Virus record (IMG/VR): IMGVR_UViG_3300044724_000934
Span: 1-26,781 of that record
From: a virus
Taxonomy: Duplodnaviria > Caudoviricetes
Direction: 5' to 3' (one strand)
Length of the DNA: 26,781 nt
Made by a program: the position numbers and the translations under genes. Positions 1-8,199 of the stretch are shown piece by piece; the first letter of the stretch is position 1, and the number at the start of each line of letters is the position of its first letter. The notes beneath the pieces are model-generated. The model was given only the letters and a program-made list of their open reading frames with translations. It searched no databases and was not told the DNA's origin.

Positions 1-2
1 CC

Positions 3-503
3 TTTGATCACTTTGGTTCTATCTCTAACGATGAGATACTAGGTAGAGTAAGATACATGGCTAAAGGTTTAGGATGTAAGTGGGTATTCCTTGATCACTT
101 ATCTATCTTAGTATCAGGTCAAGAAGACAATGGAGATGAGCGTAAGTCTATTGATATTCTTATGACTAAGCTACGTTCTCTTGTTGAAGAGACAGGCATA
201 GGCTTATTACTTGTCAGTCATCTACGTAGGCCATCAGGTGATAGAGGTCACGAAGATGGTAGAGAAGTATCTCTCTCACATCTTAGGGGGTCTGCATCTA
301 TTGCTCACCTATCTGATAGTGTGATAGCATTAGAGCGTAATCAACAGGCTGACGATGAGGTAGAAGCTAACACTACTGTCCTACGTATCTTAAAGAATAG
401 ATATACTGGTGACACTGGTGTAACTTGTCACTTGCATTATGATAAAGAAACTGGTAGAATGTCAGAAATTAACAACCCTTTTGAAGGAGATCAAGATGAG
501 TAA
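3..503 (+). CDS. T7 gp4-like primase-helicase, C-terminal DnaB-type helicase part (5' truncated by window)
   Basis: Frame is open from base 3 (FDHFGSISNDEILGRVRYMAKGLGC...). Contains the motifs VFLDHLSI, LLLVSHLRR, LRGSASIAHLSD and LKNRYTGDTG typical of T7 gp4 helicase. Confidence 0.95.
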   Translation, partial: FDHFGSISNDEILGRVRYMAKGLGCKWVFLDHLSILVSGQEDNGDERKSIDILMTKLRSLVEETGIGLLLVSHLRRPSGDRGHEDGREVSLSHLRGSASIAHLSDSVIALERNQQADDEVEANTTVLRILKNRYTGDTGVTCHLHYDKETGRMSEINNPFEGDQDE

Positions 504-945
504 TAAAATTACAATAACTTCAAAGCAAATAACTTTTGCAATTAACTGGGCTGATCTTAGAAGAGAAGTTTATAATTGGGGTGCTAATTATGTATTTAAA
601 ACAGGAGAAAATTGTTTTTCTCGTGATTCTTACTATGAATATGGGGAATGGAAAAGGGAAGAATATCCTTGGCTACCTCAAGAATATTATATTGAGTGGA
701 TTAAACAAGGCACTGACAAATGGAACTCAGGTATGAGGAAAGTCCCTAATTTAGGTAGTATTTTAACAGAAGATCTTTATTTTGATTGTCCTAACTGTTT
801 ACAAAAGGCTAAAGGTGATAGATTAAAAATAGAGGGATGTGATGTTTGTGATGAGGAAGGAGAAATGTTAAAATATACAGATGATGGTAAAGGTAAAAGA
901 AAAAATATATGGTATGATGAAAAGAATGATTCCGGAATAGTTTAG
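496..945 (+). CDS. Hypothetical protein with C-terminal CxxC...CxxC zinc-binding motif
   Basis: Start reassigned to ATG 496, which follows AAGGAG and overlaps the helicase end. CPNC and CDVC lie near the C-terminus. Fills the helicase-polymerase gap. Confidence 0.75.
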   Translation: MSNKITITSKQITFAINWADLRREVYNWGANYVFKTGENCFSRDSYYEYGEWKREEYPWLPQEYYIEWIKQGTDKWNSGMRKVPNLGSILTEDLYFDCPNCLQKAKGDRLKIEGCDVCDEEGEMLKYTDDGKGKRKNIWYDEKNDSGIV

Positions 946-958
946 TTAGGATAGTACT

Positions 959-2593
959 ATGGTAACAGCAATAGTTGATATCGAAACTGATAGCCTTAAT
1001 GCAACTCAGATACATTGCATTGTAGCTTGTGACTATGCCACTGGTAAAGAAAAGGTATGGATACAAGATGAGTGTAAAGAGTTTGCATCTTGGTCTAAGA
1101 TGATTGATAAGTTTATCATGCACAATGGTATAAGCTTTGATGCTCCTGTTCTTAATCGTTTAACAGGATCAAGTATTAAACCATCACAGATTAGAGATAC
1201 TCTTATTGAATCACAGTTATATAATCCTATCAGAGATAAGGGACATTCACTCAAGGCTTGGGGTGAGAGGTTTAACTTTCCGAAGGGAGACTTCACAGAG
1301 TTTGATTACTATACACCTGAGATGCTTGAGTATTGTAAGCAAGACGTAAGGATTACCAGAAAGGTAGCCCAAGAGTTAGAGAAGGAAGGTTCTAAGTTCT
1401 CCTCTAAGTCTTATGAACTAGAAAGAAAAGTAAGAGTTATAGTAGATCAACAAGAAAGAAATGGTTTCTCTTTTAACTTACGTGATGCCATGAGCTTTCT
1501 TGCCACACTAGAAGAAGAGCAACAAGAATTGGAGGACAAAGCCCAAGAAATATTTGAACCTACTGAAGTAGTAATGAAGACCAAGACTAAGTACATACCA
1601 TTCAATATTGGTTCTCGTAAACAGATAGCTGATAGATTGATGGAGAGAGGCTGGCAACCTACGCATCATACAGAGAAGGGTAATGTAATAGTGAGTGAAG
1701 AAATATTATCTAAGATTGACATGCCTGAAGCACAGATGTTTAGCAGATACTTTCTACTACAGAAACGTACTGGCCTACTGAAAGCTTGGATCAAGGCATG
1801 TCAAGAAGATAATAGAGTCAGAGGTAGAGTGATGACGCTACGAACCGTGACAGGCAGGATGGCACATAACTCTCCTAACATGGCTCAAGTGCCAGCAGTG
1901 TATTCTCCTTATGGCAAAGAATGTAGATCGTTATGGACAATCTCTAATCCAGATACACACACCTTGATTGGTACAGATGCATCTGGGTTAGAGCTACGAT
2001 GTCTAGCGCACTACATGAATGATCCTAACTTCACTGAAGAAGTTGTTAATGGTGATGTACATACTGCTAACATGAAAGCTGCTGGACTTACTGATCGTGA
2101 TCAAGCTAAGACTTTTATCTATGCTTTCCTCTATGGTGCTGGCCCTGCTAAGATAGGTAAGGTTGTTGGTGGCTCATCTAAAGCTGGACAGCAACTCATT
2201 ACTAAGTTCTTATCTAACATGCCAAAGCTTAAGAAGCTCAGAGATGATGTTGCTAAGTGGTGTAAGGGTGGTACAATACCAGCACTTGATGGGAGACTCT
2301 TACATATTAGATCAGAACATGCTGCATTAAATACTTTACTACAGGGTGCAGGTGCTATCATATGTAAGCAATGGCTTGTACATATTACACAACGTATACG
2401 TAAGTCAGGTGTTGATGCTAAGTTAGTTGCATCTATACACGATGAGTATCAGTTTGAGGTAGCTAAGAAAGATGCTAAAAGGTTTGGTCAGATTACTAGA
2501 GATGCAATGATAGAGACACAACGTACACTCAAGGTTCGGTGTCCTCTTGATTGTGAATATAAAATTGGTAAGACATGGAGTGAGACACACTAA
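959..2593 (+). CDS. polA: Family A DNA polymerase (T7-like, 3'-5' exonuclease plus polymerase)
   Basis: ExoI DIETD, ExoII HNGISFD, ExoIII YCKQD; motif A DASGLELR, motif B RDQAKTFIYAFLYGAG, motif C IHDEYQ. Confidence 0.98.
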   Translation: MVTAIVDIETDSLNATQIHCIVACDYATGKEKVWIQDECKEFASWSKMIDKFIMHNGISFDAPVLNRLTGSSIKPSQIRDTLIESQLYNPIRDKGHSLKAWGERFNFPKGDFTEFDYYTPEMLEYCKQDVRITRKVAQELEKEGSKFSSKSYELERKVRVIVDQQERNGFSFNLRDAMSFLATLEEEQQELEDKAQEIFEPTEVVMKTKTKYIPFNIGSRKQIADRLMERGWQPTHHTEKGNVIVSEEILSKIDMPEAQMFSRYFLLQKRTGLLKAWIKACQEDNRVRGRVMTLRTVTGRMAHNSPNMAQVPAVYSPYGKECRSLWTISNPDTHTLIGTDASGLELRCLAHYMNDPNFTEEVVNGDVHTANMKAAGLTDRDQAKTFIYAFLYGAGPAKIGKVVGGSSKAGQQLITKFLSNMPKLKKLRDDVAKWCKGGTIPALDGRLLHIRSEHAALNTLLQGAGAIICKQWLVHITQRIRKSGVDAKLVASIHDEYQFEVAKKDAKRFGQITRDAMIETQRTLKVRCPLDCEYKIGKTWSETH

Positions 2594-3057
2594 TGGATAA
2601 TCAATTAGAAATGTTCTCAGAAAATAAACTATTTGATGAAGATCAAGAGTTAAAGCTATGTGTGAGATGTGAAAAGAAACTTCCATTAAGTTGTTTCTCA
2701 CATGTATCTAGAAGAAGAAAGGATGGTACTTCTAAACTACGTAATAAGTGTGATGAGTGTTGTTTAGCAGAAGAAAGACAAAGAATCGTACTTAGAAAAG
2801 TAATACCTAAACCTGATAAAGATTATAGCTGTCCTATATGTTTAAAAAAAGCTGATGACTTTTATTTAGTAGATGATTCTTTAACAAGAGGATTACATAA
2901 AGCATGGGCATTAGATCATAATCATTTAACTGGTGAATTTAGAGGATGGCTTTGTAATAAATGTAACTCAGCATTAGGGTGGTTTAAAGATGACCCTAAA
3001 ATTATATCAAGAGCTTTAGATTATTTAAAGGAACATAATAATGGCACACAACAATAG
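2593..3057 (+). CDS. Endonuclease VII-family (His-Me finger) nuclease with extra N-terminal zinc motif
   Basis: CPIC...LDHNHLTGEFRGWLCNKCNSALG is the endonuclease VII signature. N-terminal CVRC/CDEC. TAATG coupling to the polA stop. Confidence 0.9.
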   Translation: MDNQLEMFSENKLFDEDQELKLCVRCEKKLPLSCFSHVSRRRKDGTSKLRNKCDECCLAEERQRIVLRKVIPKPDKDYSCPICLKKADDFYLVDDSLTRGLHKAWALDHNHLTGEFRGWLCNKCNSALGWFKDDPKIISRALDYLKEHNNGTQQ

Positions 3058-3514
3058 ACCATTCGATAGACAATCTTATAAAGAGAATGATGCCAGAGCT
3101 AAGAAAGCTATGGTAGGTTACTTAACTGCTAATAATTTTAATGATATTGTAGATAAAGAAGATTATTATTTTGATGTCTCAGCTAATAAAAAAGATAGAA
3201 AGTTTTTCTTTGAGGTTGAGATAAAAAATCAATGGAATACCTACTGGCCTGACACTTGGAAAGAGGTGCGTATTCCTGAACGTAAACAAAGATTAATAAA
3301 TAGAAAGGAGAAAGACTACCCAGAACATGAATTATATTTTGTTATCTTCAATACAGATTGTAGCCAAGCTTGGTTCATTGAAGATAAAGATGTAGATGCT
3401 ACAAGTGTAGGAAAGATACAAAATTCTAAACGACCTAAAGACTCACCACACTTGGCAGAACCTTTCTTTCATATTCCTGTAGACAAAGCTAAATTAATTC
3501 AAATTAGTTGTTGA
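3041..3514 (+). CDS. Hypothetical protein, probable PD-(D/E)XK nuclease fold
   Basis: FDV...FFEVEIK resembles the PD...(D/E)xK core. AAGGA SD upstream; overlaps the upstream gene. Confidence 0.6.
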   Translation: MAHNNRPFDRQSYKENDARAKKAMVGYLTANNFNDIVDKEDYYFDVSANKKDRKFFFEVEIKNQWNTYWPDTWKEVRIPERKQRLINRKEKDYPEHELYFVIFNTDCSQAWFIEDKDVDATSVGKIQNSKRPKDSPHLAEPFFHIPVDKAKLIQISC

Positions 3515-3539
3515 CCTATAGAATTATGTGTGGTATAAT
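3511..3539 (+). promoter_or_regulatory. sigma70-type promoter for the SSB gene
   Basis: TTGACC (3511-3516), 17-nt spacer, TATAAT (3534-3539), with an extended -10 TG at 3531-3532, ahead of an intergenic gap. Confidence 0.88.
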
Positions 3540-3604
3540 TACGTTACAAGTTAATTGAAACTCATGTCACAACAGCGTGACGATAAAATAGGAAATAGAA
3601 AAAG

Positions 3605-4081
3605 ATGAATGATCCAATTTATATTACTGGTAAATGTCACTATGCTTCAATTACTGAGCCGAACACTAAGTTCGATCCAGTATGGTCAATACAGATTGAA
3701 GTAGATGATAACAATAGGTCTGTCATAGAAAGTGCTGGACTTGCAATCACCAATAAGGGTGATGATCGTGGAGATTTTGTAACTATTAAAAGAAAAGTAG
3801 CTAAGAAAGATGGCTCACCAAGACAAGGGCCATCTGTTAAAGATTCTCAAAACAATCCTTGGGATGGTAAGTTGATTGCTAATGGTAGTACAGTTAATGT
3901 TAAGGCTGTACCCTATGAGTGGAGCTATGCAGGTAAGTCAGGTATTTCTGCTGACCTAGCTGCTGTACAAGTAGTAGATTTTATAGAGTACTCTAATGGG
4001 GCTGATGACTTTGAAGTAGTTCCCGGTGGATATGTAGCTAATACTTCTACTCTAGACGATGATATTCCTTTCGCCTCTTAA
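3605..4081 (+). CDS. ssb: Single-stranded DNA-binding protein (T7 gp2.5-like)
   Basis: 158 aa. IANGSTVNV and LAAVQVVD segments, acidic aromatic tail LDDDIPFAS, and position in the replication module. Confidence 0.85.
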   Translation: MNDPIYITGKCHYASITEPNTKFDPVWSIQIEVDDNNRSVIESAGLAITNKGDDRGDFVTIKRKVAKKDGSPRQGPSVKDSQNNPWDGKLIANGSTVNVKAVPYEWSYAGKSGISADLAAVQVVDFIEYSNGADDFEVVPGGYVANTSTLDDDIPFAS

Positions 4082-4101
4082 TGTAAACTAAGGGAGACTT
4101 G

Positions 4102-4144
4102 GGGAGTGAGAATTATTGGTTTGGTTTTCACTCCCTATTTTTTT
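4102..4144 (+). terminator. Rho-independent terminator after ssb
   Basis: Stem GGGAGTGAGAA (4102-4112) pairs with TTTTCACTCCC (4125-4135), followed by TATTTTTTT. Confidence 0.8.
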
Positions 4145-4148
4145 ATAT

Positions 4149-5009
4149 ATGAAAAAGATTGAAACATTAGTTGCTGATATCTATGATCTCTTTTCTCTTG
4201 AGCCTATTAAGATGGATGAGAAAGAAGTAGACAAGCACATAGATACATTCGGAGAGATGCTTAAGGTTCACATCAAAGCATTTCTATATGAGGAACCTAG
4301 AACAAGAGGTAACCTCAGACTATCTGGTATAGGTAAACCTGATAGACAATTATGGTATGACGTTAATAGTAAACATGATATTGAAGATATTACTTCTAGT
4401 ACAAGAATTAAATTTCTATATGGTTATATCTTAGAAGAACTTCTTTTACTATGTGCTTCTGTTGCAGGACATAAGGTTACTGATCAACAGAAAGAAGTTA
4501 ATGTTGAGGGTGTTAAAGGTCACCAAGATTCAATGATAGATGATGTCTTGGTTGATTGTAAGAGTGCATCAGGATTTAGCTTTAAGAAGTTTAAAGATAA
4601 TACTTTATTAGAAGATGATCCATTTGGTTACATCGCACAGATTAGTGCCTATGCACAAGCTAATGGTGTAGATAAGGCAGCATTTCTTGTGATAGATAAA
4701 TCAAGTGGTAAGTTATGTCTAACTCCTGTACATCAGATGGAGATGATCAATGCTAAAGAAAGAGTCAAGCATCTTAAGGGAGTGGTTGGGGATAGTCATG
4801 TACCTGATAGGTGCTACTCTCCAGTTGCTGATGGGCAGTCTGGCAATCTTAAGTTACCTATTGGTTGTGTGTATTGTAGCCACAAGAGAGAGTGTTGGTC
4901 AGATGCTAATCAAGGTAAAGGGTTACGTGCTTTTAAGTATGCCAGAGGTCTTAACTACTTGGTTAAGGTTGTTAAAGAACCTAATGTTGAAGAGATGACT
5001 AGCTGGTAA
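4149..5009 (+). CDS. Cas4-like / PD-(D/E)XK exonuclease
   Basis: LRLSGIGKPDRQLWY, GHQD...VDCKSAS, YIAQISAY (QxxxY) and C-terminal CVYCSHKRECW. Start moved to ATG 4149 because the track's start lies inside the terminator. Confidence 0.85.
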   Translation: MKKIETLVADIYDLFSLEPIKMDEKEVDKHIDTFGEMLKVHIKAFLYEEPRTRGNLRLSGIGKPDRQLWYDVNSKHDIEDITSSTRIKFLYGYILEELLLLCASVAGHKVTDQQKEVNVEGVKGHQDSMIDDVLVDCKSASGFSFKKFKDNTLLEDDPFGYIAQISAYAQANGVDKAAFLVIDKSSGKLCLTPVHQMEMINAKERVKHLKGVVGDSHVPDRCYSPVADGQSGNLKLPIGCVYCSHKRECWSDANQGKGLRAFKYARGLNYLVKVVKEPNVEEMTSW

Positions 5010-5404
5010 TGCATTGGGAGTATGATAAGAAACCTGATCTAACTAAGTTTGGTTTTGTATATTGGATAACCAATATTAAAACAGAGAAAGCTTACATAGG
5101 TTGTAAACAATATTTTAATTATTCTAAAGGTAAAAAGAAACGTGAATCAAATTGGAAATCTTACATGGGATCTTCCAAACATTTAATAGAAGACATAAAG
5201 AAGTTAGGTAAAGATAACTTTAAGTTTAATATTATAGCTGAGTTTAAAAACAAACGAAGCTTACGATACTATGAGTGTTACTATCAAATGAAGTACAATG
5301 TTTTATGTGCTACCTTAGAAGGGTCTGATGAACCTGCCTTCTACAATAGTTATGTAGGTGGTAAGTTCTACAGGCCAGTTGAAGAGTATTTTGATAATGA
5401 CTAA
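5009..5404 (+). CDS. GIY-YIG endonuclease (Seg-like)
   Basis: GFVYWITN...KAYIGCK and ESNWKSYMGSS. TAATG coupling to the upstream gene. Confidence 0.85.
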   Translation: MHWEYDKKPDLTKFGFVYWITNIKTEKAYIGCKQYFNYSKGKKKRESNWKSYMGSSKHLIEDIKKLGKDNFKFNIIAEFKNKRSLRYYECYYQMKYNVLCATLEGSDEPAFYNSYVGGKFYRPVEEYFDND

Positions 5405-5738
5405 TAGTCCTTACGAACTAAGCACTGATGTATCTATGGGATCTTTATATGAAATAACAGGTAAAGATTCTCATAGATCATTATACGTTGCTGTTATACT
5501 ACAAGCGTTACTAGATCTAACTAAGCCTAAGATAGATAATGAAAAGACTTCTGTTCAAGTCTATAGAGATCAAGCACATGCTTGGATATTTAAAGAAGTA
5601 GGTGTTACGTGTGAAGACTTTGAAACAGTATGTACTTATGCAGGTGTTAAGCCTACTGCTGTTAGAAACTTTGCGTCTAATGTTATTAACTCAGGAGATA
5701 TTTTAAATGTCAGAAGAAAATTTCAATCACTCCTCTGA
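5397..5738 (+). CDS. Hypothetical phage protein
   Basis: ATG 5397 overlaps the end of the GIY-YIG gene; the ORF tiles the operon. No recognisable catalytic motif. Confidence 0.75.
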   Translation: MTNSPYELSTDVSMGSLYEITGKDSHRSLYVAVILQALLDLTKPKIDNEKTSVQVYRDQAHAWIFKEVGVTCEDFETVCTYAGVKPTAVRNFASNVINSGDILNVRRKFQSLL

Positions 5739-5943
5739 AGCACTTAAGGTACAAGTAGGTGGTGATCACTACAAAGATTGTGGCATACAGCCTGTTGAAT
5801 ATATACATGCGAATAAGCTTGACTACTTCGAGGGTAATGTGATAAAATATATAACTCGACATCGTACCAAAGGTCAAGGTAAAAAAGATGTTGAGAAAGC
5901 TATACACTACGCACAACTAATCTTAGCATTAGAATATAAATAG
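5707..5943 (+). CDS. DUF3310 (SaV-like / T7 gp1.7-related) protein
   Basis: QVGGDHYK...IQPVEYI...YFEGNVIKYITR...DVEKAIHY signature. AGGAG SD upstream. Confidence 0.9.
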   Translation: MSEENFNHSSEALKVQVGGDHYKDCGIQPVEYIHANKLDYFEGNVIKYITRHRTKGQGKKDVEKAIHYAQLILALEYK

Positions 5944-5956
5944 AAAGGGAACATAA

Positions 5957-7648
5957 ATGGAAAACGAAGTACACTATGGTATGACACTACCCATCTCAGA
6001 AGAGATAGACAATGTTAAGTATAGGCAAACAGGAGAAGACTTTTATAGTAAGGTTGTACGTATTGCAGAAGCCTTAAAGGATACACCTGATCACTTTGAG
6101 AACTTTAAGGATGCACTCAGGCATCTCAGGTTCTTACCTGCTGGCAGGGTACAGAATGCTATGGGAGCAGCAAGGCAGACTACTGCTTACAACTGTTTTG
6201 TCAGTGGTGCTATAGAAGATAGCATGGATTCTATTATGGGTAGAGCTACTGATGCTGCTGAGACAATGCGTAGAGGTGGTGGTATAGGCTATGACTTCAG
6301 TAGGCTACGTCCCAGAGGTGATCGTATCAAGTCTCTAGACTCTAGAGCATCTGGTGCAGTCAGCTTCATGCAGATCTTTGATGCTGTATGTCAGACCATA
6401 GCATCTAGTGGACATCGTAGAGGCGCACAGATGGGTGTCTTACGTGTTGATCATCCTGACATTGAACAGTTTATCACAGCTAAGAATGATGGTACTTCTC
6501 TTACTGGTTTTAATATCTCTGTTGGTATCACAGATGAGTTCATGAGATGTCTTGAAAAGAAAGAACCATTTCCTCTACAGTTTGAAGGTAGAGTACACGA
6601 AGAGGTAGACCCTGTAGCCCTATGGGATATGATCATGCGTAGCACATGGGATTGGGCAGAGCCGGGAGTGTTGTTCATAGATACTATTAACAAGATGAAT
6701 AACCTATACTACTGTGAGAACATAGAAGCTACTAACCCATGTGGTGAACAACCTCTACCTCCTTATGGTGCTTGTCTTCTTGGTAGCTTTAATCTTACTA
6801 AGTATGTTGGAGCAGGTGCATTTGATTATGGTCTGTTTACTGGTGACATCCATCATGTAGTCAGAGCTATGGATAATGTTATTGATAGGACTATCTATCC
6901 TCTGGAAGAGCAGGAGAAAGAAGCTAAGAACAAACGTAGGATGGGACTAGGTGTTACTGGTCTGGCTAATGCAGGTGAGATGTGTGGTATGCCTTATGCT
7001 TCAGAAGAGTTCATGAAGTTTTCAACTAAAGTTCTTAAGACATTGCGAGATCATACCTATGGTGCAAGTGCTTTACTGGCTAAAGAGAAAGGTTCCTTCC
7101 CACTGTATGATAAAGATAAGTACATCGAAGGTAAGTTCTTTAAGACATTATCTAATTGGGTACAGGATCAGATCAAAGAGAATGGACTACGTAACTCTCA
7201 CTTAACTTCCATAGCACCTACTGGTACGATTAGCTTGACTGCTGACAACGTAAGCTCTGGCATTGAACCACCATTTAGTTTGTTCTATGATAGAACCATA
7301 CAAGAGTTTGATGGTCATCAGATACAACGTGTAGAAGACTACGCTTATAGACATGGCGTGAATGGTAGAACTGCCAATGAGATTAGTGCTGAAGAACATC
7401 TCTCAGTCCTTGCTTTAACATCTAAGTATATTGACAGTGCTGTCTCTAAGACCTGTAACGTAGGTGACAATGTAACTTACGAAGAGTTCAAAGAGTTATA
7501 CTACAATGCTTGGAAGCAGGGATGCAAAGGCATCACCACCTTCAGGGCTAGTGGTAAACGCTATGGTATCCTCAATGAAGTTAAGGATGAGCCTAAAGCA
7601 GAAGCTTGTTACATAGATCCAACGACAGGTCAGAAAGAGTGTGACTAA
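5957..7648 (+). CDS. nrdJ: Class II adenosylcobalamin-dependent ribonucleotide reductase
   Basis: PAGR, YNCFV, TNPCGEQ catalytic loop, ACLLGS, IAPTGTIS, C-terminal redox Cys pair (ACYIDPTTGQKECD). No ATP cone and no nrdB next to it. Confidence 0.9.
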   Translation: MENEVHYGMTLPISEEIDNVKYRQTGEDFYSKVVRIAEALKDTPDHFENFKDALRHLRFLPAGRVQNAMGAARQTTAYNCFVSGAIEDSMDSIMGRATDAAETMRRGGGIGYDFSRLRPRGDRIKSLDSRASGAVSFMQIFDAVCQTIASSGHRRGAQMGVLRVDHPDIEQFITAKNDGTSLTGFNISVGITDEFMRCLEKKEPFPLQFEGRVHEEVDPVALWDMIMRSTWDWAEPGVLFIDTINKMNNLYYCENIEATNPCGEQPLPPYGACLLGSFNLTKYVGAGAFDYGLFTGDIHHVVRAMDNVIDRTIYPLEEQEKEAKNKRRMGLGVTGLANAGEMCGMPYASEEFMKFSTKVLKTLRDHTYGASALLAKEKGSFPLYDKDKYIEGKFFKTLSNWVQDQIKENGLRNSHLTSIAPTGTISLTADNVSSGIEPPFSLFYDRTIQEFDGHQIQRVEDYAYRHGVNGRTANEISAEEHLSVLALTSKYIDSAVSKTCNVGDNVTYEEFKELYYNAWKQGCKGITTFRASGKRYGILNEVKDEPKAEACYIDPTTGQKECD

Positions 7649-7655
7649 AAAAAGC

Positions 7656-7684
7656 TTGCCAAGATATAAAAAGTGTAGTATAAT
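7656..7684 (+). promoter_or_regulatory. sigma70-type promoter upstream of Hsp20
   Basis: TTGCCA (7656-7661), 17-nt spacer, TATAAT (7679-7684), preceded by an A-tract. Confidence 0.82.
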
Positions 7685-7686
7685 AA

Positions 7687-7744
7687 TGTATGGAATGCCA
7701 TTGTGGGTTCCATACAATCTTGCTTATTAAGGAGAAACATTATG
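7687..7744 (+). promoter_or_regulatory. ROSE-like RNA thermometer in the Hsp20 5' UTR
   Basis: Hairpin 1: TGTATGGAA (7687-7695) / TTCCATACA (7708-7716). Hairpin 2: TCTT-G-CTT (7718-7725), ATT loop, AAGGAGA (7729-7735). This places the U(U/C)GCU motif with a bulged G against the SD. Confidence 0.75.
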
Positions 7745-8188
7745 AACTATGTAGATAAACATCTATCGTCTAGAGTACAACTACAAGACTTCAGAGATTG
7801 GGTTATAGGATATGATAAAATATTTAATACAGTGTTAAATCAACCTAATAACTTAATAAATAATAAACCTAATTATCCCCCACATAATTTAATAGAGTAC
7901 GAAGATGGTAAGTATACTATTACACTTGCTGTTGCTGGTATTTCTAAAGAAGACTTAGACGTTACTCTTGAGGAGCAGAACCTCACCATCTCTTATGATG
8001 GAAAAGAAACTGAGAGTAATGGTAAGATTCTATATCGTGGGATTGCTAACAGAAGTTTTAAAAAAATCTTTCACCTTGCTGATAACATAGAGGTGAATGA
8101 TGCTAGTGTAAATAATGGGTTACTTACTATTGATCTAGAACAAAACATTCCTGATCATAAAAAACCTAGACAGATAGAACTTAAATAA
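7742..8188 (+). CDS. Small heat shock protein, Hsp20/IbpA-like
   Basis: NYPPHNLI, LAVAG, LYRGIANRSF, NGLLTIDL and C-terminal KKPRQIEL. ATG 7742 follows AAGGAGA. Confidence 0.95.
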   Translation: MNYVDKHLSSRVQLQDFRDWVIGYDKIFNTVLNQPNNLINNKPNYPPHNLIEYEDGKYTITLAVAGISKEDLDVTLEEQNLTISYDGKETESNGKILYRGIANRSFKKIFHLADNIEVNDASVNNGLLTIDLEQNIPDHKKPRQIELK

Positions 8189-8199
8189 AGGATATACTA

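Noticed and set aside
4149-5009. Cas4-like gene as a sign of a CRISPR-Cas system
   Set aside because: No cas1/cas2 genes or repeat-spacer array; solo Cas4-like exonucleases are common in phage replication modules.
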